The notes beneath the pieces are model-generated. The model was not told the origin of the DNA and did no database searches. It was given only the letters and a program-made list of their open reading frames with translations. This document shows positions 12,251-22,148 of a stretch of 64,000 bases of DNA, one piece after another. The DNA lies in NCBI GenBank assembly GCA_013265495.1, contig MU057560.1:508753-572752 (forward strand), read 5' to 3'. Source of the DNA: Vicugna vicugna. Taxonomy: Eukaryota. Numbering within the stretch: the first letter of the stretch is position 1; every line of letters starts with the position of its first letter. Position numbers and translations under genes: made by a program.

Positions 12251-13771
12251 GGTGGGGAGGAATTTCTCCCCACTCAAGCCTCCAGGATTGTGTGATTAGT
12301 TTTTTTTTCTTTTTTTGCCCCCCACATATTAACCTGACTCTTAGTTCTTAGTTTACGATATTTTCTGCCAAGAAACCGGAGATTGGAAGGAGGGCGTCTG
12401 AGCGGCAATCCCCTGTGCCTTCGTTAAAGTTTGCCCTGACTTGAGTTCACTGGGCACCTCCGTCTCAGATACCTCTGGGAGGCGGCCCTGCCCACCCGGG
12501 GATCTGGCCCACCCGCTACTCCCCTTAGGCGAGTGGGTGCTCCGGCACAGGGTCCAGAGAGTTCTGGCTCACTCCGTCATCTCCGGACTGAGAAGAGGAG
12601 TGGAGGATGAACGCAGTTTGTATTTGGCCAGTCTTCATTCCACGAAAGAAAACAAAAATAAAGGCAAAAAGCAGGAGAGGCACAGTGCTCAGTTTGCCTC
12701 CTGTGTCCTGACGCAACATTCCCCTCTCGTGCTGGAGGTTTCTTAGAGTGTAGAAAAACATGTTTCAGCAAAGGAAGGCCAATTTTCAAAACCACTCATC
12801 TGGCAAGTGCACACGCTCTCAAGCTGGGAAGCCCGGCTTCTGGTTTCTCGCAGTTTACCTAATCCCAAAGCAGTGGCAATCATGTTAAAAAAAAATGATC
12901 CGCTCTGCCAATAGCCCCGGGCTTTGCCTGCCACCGTAACGTACACAAAAGAGAGAGATGGTGATAGCTGGTCGCTTATGCAATTGAAATGCGCCATCTG
13001 TAGAGAAGGCGGATGCCTGTTCGGCAAGCTACCTGGCACAAAATTTATGACACCCTTTATTTTGTAAGTGCACCGCCCCCACTATAAATGCTTTCATGGG
13101 ATCAGCCAGTTTATTCCTTACTAATAACCCGACCAGTCAAGCTGGAATGTCTGAATAAAGAATTCTATGAGATGCAGTATTCGATCAGACAATAATCAAT
13201 GTATCTCATTTTTCTAACAGCGTATTAACTTACAGAGTAAATTGCTCACCGTTGTTTGGATCACGTTCCCCAGGTAACAAATAACTTGGGAGAACATTAG
13301 CACTTTTAAAAATTGGGCTGGCATTCAGAGTCTACAAGGATCTCTATAAATCTGCTTTCCAGCATATTATAAAATGATGCCTTTTCAGCACAGTCTTCTT
13401 TTTCTCCATGTTGAATTGCACATGCTTACTTGAACAGAATCAATGAGGAATAAAAATGCTACAGGGATACCCGGCTAAAGCCATGCTCTTCCAAACCATC
13501 CATTTACAAGAGATGACTAATTAAATCATGCCATGGGTCTTCCTTCGAGCAGGAGAAGGCAGTTAGCTGGTCTGAGCTCACGTACGAATACTAGAAACAG
13601 GCATTTTCTAGGGCACGTCATCCAGAATGCTCCCCAAATACCCATACTTGTTTGTGAAGCACTGCCTTTTCCCAGCCTCATGTCAAACACATGCTTAGTG
13701 CGTGATGGTGCCTTGAGTAAATCTAGGGTCAGCATGGCCCGAGGGATTCTAATGGCTGCTGGGTGGTGGGA

Positions 13772-14121
13772 GTGGCTGTCATAACAAAATACCACAACCT
13801 GGAAGACTGACAACAACAAACATGGGTTGTTCTACTGTTCTGAAGAGAGGAATTCCCAAAGTGTGGAGTCAGCTGGGCCGTTCTCCCTCTGAAACCCATC
13901 TGGGGTATCCTCTCTTGCCTCCCCGAGCTCCAGTGTTCGCAGCAATCAGTGGCATCCTGGCGCTTGCACGGCCATCTCCCCTCCCTCTGTGTCTCTGTGT
14001 CTTCATATAGCATTCTCCTCTTTCTGTCTCTCTCCTCTTCCTATGAGAACAGCTGTCATATTGGATTAAGGGGGTTGGGACTGTCCCATATCTTTTGGGG
14101 GAACACAATTTAGTCTGTAAC
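13772..14121 (-). mobile_element. MLT1 (MaLR) LTR
   Basis: GCTGTCATAACAAAATACCACAACCTGG ... GGGGGAACACAATTTAGTCTGTAACA. Both ends match an MLT1 LTR in reverse. Confidence 0.85.
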
Positions 14122-14809
14122 AGGTTGCGTACATCCCCGTTGGATCTGGGTCCCGTCCAACTGCTAGGGCTTAGATGTGGGCATAACAGTTGGATGGGTG
14201 CTTTTGCAGGTACTTTGCTGGAAAGAGCAATGAGCAAAGGTGTCTGCATCAGGTCATATCATAATTAACAAATCCCAAGGAACCAGTGTTACCTCATCCC
14301 ACTTGCTCCAGCGAGCACAGGACTCCCCCGCGACGTCCTCGGGGAAGTCACTGGATTCCAGCTAGATCTGGGAACTGGCACCGTGGGCTGACCACAAAAG
14401 ACCCTAGTTATTGATGTTACTCTGATGCATTCATCACGCTTGGGGCGGTGTGATCAGAAATCCGGTCTTGTTTATACCCAGAATCCATTGGTCTCAAGGG
14501 GATTCAACGATGCTGACTCGATTCTTAATGCCTGATCCATAATGTCAGTATGTTCATTTTTAATGGGAAATCTGTGTCCTGCAGACTAGAATGTTCATTT
14601 CAGTGCGAATGTGAATTCATCTTCTACAGGCTGAGCTATGTAGGAAGCAAAATCAGAAGCTGTCTTCGTGAGAATGGAAGCTCAGCACGAGGGGTCAGTG
14701 GATGGTTCACAGGCCGTAGCATCTAAGTCCGGAACAGCCGTTTCCTTCAGCTTCTTTCACGTGAGAGGCAGATGACACAGGAAGAGTTACAGCTGACGTT
14801 CAGCGCAAA

Positions 14810-15040
14810 GTGACTTTGTACTAGACGTGGTACTAACACAGCTCTTCCCCTTCTTGTACATCAACTGTTTTGTCTTCTCAGCAGTGGTGTGGAACGGGGG
14901 AGTTACTACTCTCATTCTGCAGATAAGGATAAAGACAGGCTACGCACCTTGCCCGATAGTGGCCGGTTAATAAGTGGCAGACCCAGACTGAGAAATCTCA
15001 TTAGCTTCTTTCCAAAAGGCAGACTCCTAATCACTGCGTT
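14810..15040 (-). mobile_element. MIR
   Basis: CTCATTCTGCAGATAAGGA...CTTGCCCGATAGTGGCCGGTTAATAAGTGGCAGA. Confidence 0.6.
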
Positions 15041-15244
15041 ATCCTGTCCACACGGCAGGGCACCCCTGCCCTGGCCGACGGGACGGGGCTCCTCCTCGCT
15101 CTGCCTCTCTGCCCGACGTCTCTCTTTCCACGAAGCCTACCGCCCTCCCCTCAGTGTACGTATGCTAATTGGTTAACAAGCCTGCTGGGTCCAAAGAGAA
15201 GGCTGGCTATTCTTGTTTCTGGAATCGGAGATTTAAGAAAAAAT

Positions 15245-15470
15245 TTTAATATATATTATATATAATTATAACATATGCTATACATAGTATAATAACGCAT
15301 ACATAGTATATAAAATATGATCAATAAATATATAATACATGTAATATATAAACATGTATTTATTTTGTATATATTAAAATACATAAATAAACATATGCTA
15401 TATGTTATGTGTATCCCCATGTTATATAATATGTAATCACATGTATGTTTTATATATATAATATTTATCA
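15245..15470. repeat. AT-rich degenerate (TA)n low-complexity tract
   Basis: Read directly from the sequence. Confidence 0.9.
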
Positions 15471-15479
15471 TCTGACATA

Positions 15480-15956
15480 CCGATCTTCCTCTCCTTATGA
15501 TGGGGTTACATAAACCTGATAAACCCATCAGAAGTTGAAAATATTGTAAGTTGAAAAATGCGTATAACACATCTAACCTACCCAACACCATAGCCTAGCC
15601 TAGCTTACCTTACACATGCTCAGAACACTTACACTGACCCTCCGCTGGGTCAAACCGCCTAACACAAGGCCTGTTTCATAATTAAGTGTTGACGATCTCA
15701 TGTCGTTGATTGAATACCGCACTGAAAGTGTAAGGCAGAGCAGTTGTCCGGGTGCAGAATGGTTGTGAGTGTGATCATGTGGCTGATGGGGGCTGCAATG
15801 GTGGCTACCGCCCACCACCACCAGAGAGCATCTTGCAGCGTACAGCCTGGAAAAGGCCCAGCATTCAGAATCTGGTGTACACTTCCTACTGAATGCTTAT
15901 GGCTTTCACATCATCATAAAGTCAAAAAGTAGCCGTCCTAAGTCGGGGGCTATGTG
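15480..15956 (+). mobile_element. Tigger5/MER47-family DNA transposon (TcMar-Tigger)
   Basis: CTTATGATGGGGTTACA...GATAAACCCATC...AAGTTGAAAATATTGTAAG...CATAGCCTAGCCTAGC...TAAGTCGGGG, preceded by TA. Confidence 0.85.
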
Positions 15957-16739
15957 TGCGCACGCATTCGAGTGTGGAGATCTTGCGGTGACGTGAGACT
16001 CAGCTCCAGGAGTTGGCTGAGCCCGTCCTAACAGCTGTTAGTGAACAGTCTTCGCTGTTTGTGTTAGAAGTTCAGCTTTGCCACCCCTCCCGATTATCGC
16101 GAGATGTTTCTACCTCCTCGCTTCCCGGTCCCCCGCGTTAAGTGCCTACATCTTCGTACAATCACCCATTATTTTAAGTCGACCACCAGGCCTGGATCTC
16201 AGTGCTCAGAACACACCAGGAATTCCCACTCAGAGTTCACCGCCTCCCCGTGCTGACCCGGCCGGGAGTCCTTCCACTGGGCTACGGAAGTGGTGAGCTT
16301 TCCTGAGCTCATCATTCCCAGGTCTGCCTTCAGCAGCTGATGCTGCTCCTAGCCTCTTGGTTTCCAGGTCACCCACGTTTCCAGATCCCCGATTTAGGCC
16401 TCCTCCTCCCGAAGCCTTCCAGAAGGTGGGGCCGGGCCAGGGCCCTTGATCTGCTGCTTTGGCTGCACCGATGTTCCTCACATTCAACCCTTTTGGCAAG
16501 AGCAGCTAGTGCTCTAGCCTTGACTCCCCCCTCGTTATGCACAACATCACCAGTGGAAAATATGGGTCCTGATTATTTGTGCAGTTAACGAGGACTGGAA
16601 TGCATATTCCAGAAGTGAGCCCATCCTACAAATTACTCAGCATCCAAGTAGCACTCCTCAGTAGGTTCCAGGCTCCTTGTTTAATCCTCTTCCCCTAATA
16701 CATTTTTAATAATCTATTAGGGACATTTAGGGCTTAGCA

Positions 16740-17038
16740 GAGCCTAAGCTCTCCCCTCCTGCTCTGGAAACACGAATGCCTCTCCGTGGCCACAGCTGCA
16801 CCCCGTTCGCCTTCCCAGACCGGAGAAAGGCAGTCACTCAGTCGGGAAGGCTCCCTCCGGCAAGCGCTGGGGGTGGGGCCCTGCCGGAGCCCCTCAGATG
16901 TTTCATCAGTGTGGTGTGTCCTACCCCGGCTGGTCCTGGTTTCTGGATATATTGCTCTTTCTAGAGGGGATTTCCCTACTAACTCACTTTCTCCTAATCC
17001 TTCCAGGGTCTGCTTCTGGGGGAATCGCACTTACAACA
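16740..17038 (+). mobile_element. LTR16-like ERVL LTR (5' boundary uncertain)
   Basis: 3' end CAGGGTCTGCTTCTGGGGGAATCGCACTTACAACA. Confidence 0.6.
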
Positions 17039-17534
17039 CCCGCCTAGCTCTTTCCTGGCTGATGACTGGGATCCTAGTGCCCGGTCGTCAGCTAGCAAGT
17101 AGCCCTCATTGGCCGGCCACTCTGCTGACCGTTCAAAATCAGCACGTCCAGATCGGGCCGTGTCATTTCCCTGAGTTCTCCTTCCAGACGCCCTAACTCC
17201 CTTGAGGTTTGACCTCTGTCTCTGGAAGACTGGGTGTCCACTTTGATCAATGTCTGCCCTTTGTTGCTGTATCCAGGCTGCCAACAGTTGTTGCCATTTC
17301 TTCTTTTGACTCTTTTTTCTTATCTTTGGTATTCCTAACAGGGCTCAGACTTCCATTTCCCCAGACTTCAGCTACTGGAAGCACCATCCTTTCCGGTGTC
17401 TTCGCCACGACCTCATTTCTTAACAAGCATAGTACACACTGCCATCTAATTTCATGCCCCAAGACATCGGGTCCGCTGAGTCACTGCCCTCATCACAGGT
17501 CCCTGTTGACTCTTATGTCAGATTCTAACTTTCC

Positions 17535-18110
17535 ATTGACTCATTCATATGCATTCGTTCGTTCAAGAAATGTTTTTGAGGTCCTAAAATACGCCAGACA
17601 TTCTTATAGTCACCAGCATTGATGTCGTTCACAAAATAGCCCCATTTGCTGTACAGCAGGGAACAGTACACTCTAGGAAGAAAAATGAAGCAGCAACAGA
17701 CACTGGAGAGTGGCAAGGGTAGCAAGATGAGATTCCCAGTCATGGGCGTGGCATCTGAACTGACCCTCAGTGAGGTGAGAGGAAACGTGGAAACAGTAAG
17801 AGCAAAGGGGTCTTAAGATGCCCAAGGAACAACAGGAAGTTCAGTTTATTGTGGCTGCGACGCCATCAGAATGAGGAAGAGCATAAGAGACGAGGCCAGA
17901 AGGCAGCCTGGCCCTGGTCCAGGCCGAGGGAACAGCCCTGCTGAGGACCTCTCACTCCTCCCAAGAGTGATGGGAGTACGTGGAGGGTTTTGCACAAAGT
18001 AGACATGATATGTGAATCATGTTTTTAAATAATAATTTAGGATTCACTTTAAAAAGTATCATGTGGTAGTAAGTGTGGAGACAGGGAGAACAGAAAAGCT
18101 CTTACAATAA
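17535..18110 (-). mobile_element. L2 3' region
   Basis: TCATTCATATGCATTCGTTCGTTCAAGAAATGTTTTTGAG (L2 tail in reverse), followed by purine-rich L2 body sequence. Confidence 0.65.
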
Positions 18111-18250
18111 CCCAGGTCTCTCTGGGCCAGCTCTGTGCATTAAGAACATGGGCTCCAGACCAGCTGTCCCTGCTGAGCCAGCTGGGACCCTCTGCCAGAA
18201 ATCCTGCCCCTCTTCCCATCAGAAGAGCGGAAGCCAGCTTCTTGGGGGCC

Positions 18251-18387
18251 TTAATTTCTCTTTCTGGTATTTCATTGTTAGTGTATAGAAAGGCAACATA
18301 TTTCTGTGTATTAATTTTGTATCCTGAAACTTTAATGAATTCATTGATGAGCTCTAGTAGTTTTCTGATGGCGTCTTTAGGAATTTG
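18251..18387 (-). mobile_element. L1 ORF2 fragment (end of the RT domain)
   Basis: Translates as [44 protein letters not shown], the conserved L1 ORF2p [17 protein letters not shown] motif. Confidence 0.93.
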
Positions 18388-19330
18388 GTCATGGTTTCTT
18401 AAATATAAAATGAAAAGCTCAAGTGACAAAATAAAATATAAATATACTTGACTTAATCAAAAAAATCTGTGCTTCAAAATACAAAAAGTGAAAAGATTAT
18501 CCATAGAATGGGAGAAAATATTTGCAAATCATGTATATGGTATGAGACTTGTATCTGGACTATGTAAAGAATTCTGGCAACTCGACAGTAAAAATACAAT
18601 CCAAATTTTTTAAATGGGTAAAGGATTTGAATAGACATGTCAAAGAAGACACATAAATGCCCAATAATTCTGTGACAAGACAGACAATAACAAATGTTGA
18701 CAAGGATGTGGGGAAATTGGGATCATTCTACATTGCTAGCAGACAGCAAAATGGTACAGTCCTTTTGGAAAACAAGTTGGCAGTTTCTCAAAATGTTAAA
18801 AATAGAGTTACCATTCTACTCAGTATTCCCCTCCTAGTGTATAGTCATAAGAATTGAAAATGTATGTTCACACAAAAACTTGTACACAAATATTCATAGC
18901 AACATTATTCCTAATAGCAAAAAGGAGAAGCAACCCAAACGTTCATAAACTGAGGAATGGATAAATAAAATGTGGTATATCCATACAGTGGACACATATT
19001 CAGCCATAAAAAGGAATGGAGTATTTATACATGCTATAGCACGGATGAACCTTAAAAGTATGCTCAGAAATGAGACACAAATGGTCACGTGGTGTATAAT
19101 TCAATTTACATGAAATTTCAAGGATAGCCAAATCCATAAAAACAGAAAGCATATCTGTGTTTTCCAGGAAGTTGTGAAGGGAGGAATGGAGAGCAAATGC
19201 TGATGGTTATGGGGTTTCTTTTGGGGGTTATAAAATGTTCTGAAATTAGGTAGTAGACAGCTCTGTGATCATAATTTAAGAAAACAAGAAATTGTAAAAA
19301 AATCAATCTTATGGTATATAACTGCTATCC
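18388..19330 (+). mobile_element. Old L1 (L1MB-like) ORF2 3' part and 3' UTR
   Basis: GAATGGGAGAAAATATTTGCAAATCAT, GGATAAATAAAATGTGGTATATCCATACAGTGG, CAGCCATAAAAAGGAATG, GGTTTCTTTTGGGGGTTATAAAATGTTCTGAAATTAG. Confidence 0.9.
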
Positions 19331-19344
19331 CAGGACAGTTAGTA

Positions 19345-19915
19345 TAAAAAATACCCATTTGTTAGCGCAACCTTCTGTAAGTCCAGACATGACATAACTG
19401 GGTTCTCTGCGAGAGTGTCACAAGCCAAAATCAAGGTTTTGGTGGCTGAGCTCTCTTCTGAGCTTGAGGCCCTCATCCAAGCTCATTCTTGCCATCGTGC
19501 AATTCAGTTTCTTGCAAAGAAATAGGGCCCAGGTCCTTGTTTCTCTGCTTGCTGTCAGCTGGGGGCTACTTTCAACTCCTAGAGGCCTCCCACATTCCTT
19601 GACAGGTAGTCCTCTCTGTCTCAAAGCCAGAAATTAAAAAACCTTCCTTGTGTAAAATCGCACTGCTCATACTCGGTTCTTATGGATTTGTTTATCTGCT
19701 CATCTTTGTTCAGGATGAGGCCTGTCTCTTGTAAGTGCTCCTGTGCCGAGGTCAGGGCTGCCCAGGACAACCTCCCTCCCTTAGAGCCGGCTGAGCTATG
19801 CAACCTGCCCTCACCGTGGGAGTGGGACCCCATTCTGTTCACTGCCCTAGACGTTGTGCCAGGTGTGTGCACCAGGAGGTTATACTCTAGGTAGGGATCA
19901 TAATTTTGTCTACCA
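19345..19915 (-). mobile_element. MLT1 (E/F-like) LTR
   Basis: AACTGGGTTCTCTGC...CAAGCCAAAATCAAGG...TCCAAGCTCATTC...TTGCTGTCAGCTGGGGGC...CTCCTAGAGGCCTCCCACATTCCTTG. Confidence 0.75.
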
Positions 19916-21870
19916 TGGTCCCCTGGCTTTAGATCCCTCTGGCTTTATGCTGACCCTGCCCTGTTGTCCTCTTCAGAATTATTCTGTAGATACTCTTAGG
20001 TAGCATCACATGATCTAACACAGAGTAGGAACTGAAAAAACAGAAAGTACTTCCAGGTTAAATGCCAAAGGTGATGGTCTATGCTCATCTATAGCACTCG
20101 GTGTCGGGGAGTCTGGAGCTCACTGCACTCCCGTCCCTTTCCGATGCCTTCTAAGAATCGTTCTGAGTCCTGAAAGCTCCTAGGGACGGTCCTGTGATAG
20201 TTCCAGAAACCTCAGCCTTATTTCCTATATTTGGAAACTCAGCACTCACAAGAATTACGTGTGCCTGTGTGTATGTGATGGAGAGAACACACGTGTGGGT
20301 GAGAAAGACAGAAATGACTGACAGAAACTTTGCTTTATTGCTGCTGTTGCTTCAAGCTATTCTCCACTCAAAAATGGGAAATACCATGAAAATCAATAGA
20401 ACATAATAAAAGTCATCACTGAAGTGGGGAAGGCTGTTTCCTGGACGATCTCTCACCCTGTTTGTTTCCCTCCACTCTCCACCTTTTCAGACGGTGTGGA
20501 TTTATCCACAATATGCCCAGATTCTGAAAATCCCAGGGGAGGGGTGAACCTTAATTGCAGCCACATGAAGCCTCGGAGGGCTTGGCTTATTGACACGGCC
20601 TCCCTGCCAGAAGCGGAGGCGCTGGCCAAATGATGGTAATTGGCCCAGCCAGCAAGCGCAGAGCTTTCAGCTCTGCAAGGTGATCTTGGTGTAAGATAGA
20701 AACCATGACGCTCTGATTTGTCTTGCAAGGATGTTTCTTATCTATTTAGCAAAGATGTCCTTAGGTTCAGTTTTCCCAACTATCTAAGCAAAGAAATACT
20801 ATTTATCTGGGTTTTGAGGAGCCAAATGTTAAAAGACATGTATTGTCCAAAAGGCGTGTTACTTACATTAGAATCTGATTTTAATAAACAGCAATTTTTT
20901 TTCACAAGTTTGAAAGAAATGTTCCCATGTGCTAGTCAGGGGGCTTTATTTATGTCCCATTGTGCAAACCCTAAAATAACACTCTGAGAGACATTTCATT
21001 CTCGTTATTTTCATAGATCAGAAAATGAAAGCCATTGAACTGGCGTTGCCACTTGTGGGAGCTGAGAGCTGAGTGAGCGCCGGGCCCTGAGCTGCCATCA
21101 GCTGTGCTCACACTGTCTGTAGCTCATAGGTCTCTGCTGTCCTTTGTGAAAATGGCTCAATGCTTTCCCATAAACTTTGATACAATAATGCTGCTTTTTG
21201 TCAACAAAACTTTAAAACATTTAATTATTACATATCTTTGGTCTAGAGAAGAAGTCATTCAGAACTAAAGGTGCTTTGAGTCATTGTGAAATACAGAGTC
21301 CCACATGTGTGGATTGAGTGAATTCCTAGAAAAATCATCCAACTGTGTCCAATGCACTAGTAATTGGACATTTTTTTTCTAAAGAACCACCTTAGAGTCT
21401 TTTCAGATCAAGGTTGGACATAAATAAATACAACTGAGCATTCATTTCATTCTCATTTTAAAGCCTTAGCTGAGGCCATTAAACTGAGAACCAAGGTGGA
21501 CGAATCTCTCACTTTCTCGAAATGGTAGCTAGACTCATCCTTTTCGGGAACTGCCAAGAAGTAGTTAAAGCTTGTTCTGAGATACTGGATCTGATATTCT
21601 TCTTTGGACTTTAAATAAGAGGAGACTAGAAACAAATCAGAGCTGGAAAGAGAAAAGAGAAGGCGGGATGGAGAGCAGCCAGGGTCACCCCCAGGTCCAC
21701 ACAGGTGAGGGAGGCATCTCAGAGCTACAGGAAGGGGGGGGGTCTTCAGAGAGAAAAGACCAAAAGCTAGCTGGTTCCTCCACCCTAGTTTGAGAATAAC
21801 CAAGCTGCTGGCATAGTCAGGTACAAATTCATGGGGACACTTGTCTCTCCCAAGGGGAACAAGAGGAGCT

Positions 21871-22148
21871 CTCGGGAGGTGCCTGGATGTCACTAGGGGT
21901 CGGGGTTTGGGGCTGCATGGCCTTTGGAAGTGGATGCAGCTCCACTGGCAGATGGCCACTCTTCTGTTGGGAGGGTCTGCATTGCTATGAGGGATGCATC
22001 TGCATTTGCACTGGAGGTGGTGGCACTAACATCGAAGGTGTCTATATCTTCATTCCAGGTAACCCTACATCTATTGCTGGGTATCTGCCTTTCCTTTGGG
22101 AGAGGCCTGCATTTCACTGGGAGGTGTGTACATCTCCAGATGTGGGGG
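21871..22148 (-). repeat. Degenerate ~21-nt tandem array (about 12 units), possibly a decayed coding repeat
   Basis: Plus-strand units include GGAAGTGGATGCAGCTCCACT, GGGAGGGTCTGCATTGCTATG, GGAGGTGGTGGCACTAACATC, GAAGGTGTCTATATCTTCATT, GGGAGAGGCCTGCATTTCACT and GGGAGGTGTGTACATCTCCAGA. Confidence 0.7.

Noticed and set aside
18049..18429. 126-aa ORF with a reverse-transcriptase-like segment
   Set aside because: Only about 45 codons are L1 ORF2. The rest is read-through into unrelated flanks.
11068..19400. MLT1 end at 11.1 kb and truncated MLT1 at 19.35 kb as two halves of one split LTR
   Set aside because: The 8 kb between them holds older MIR and L2 repeats and unique sequence, so two independent fragments is the simpler explanation.
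21871..22148. CRISPR-like or other prokaryotic repeat system
   Set aside because: The units are directly tandem and degenerate with no spacers, and the whole window is mammalian.
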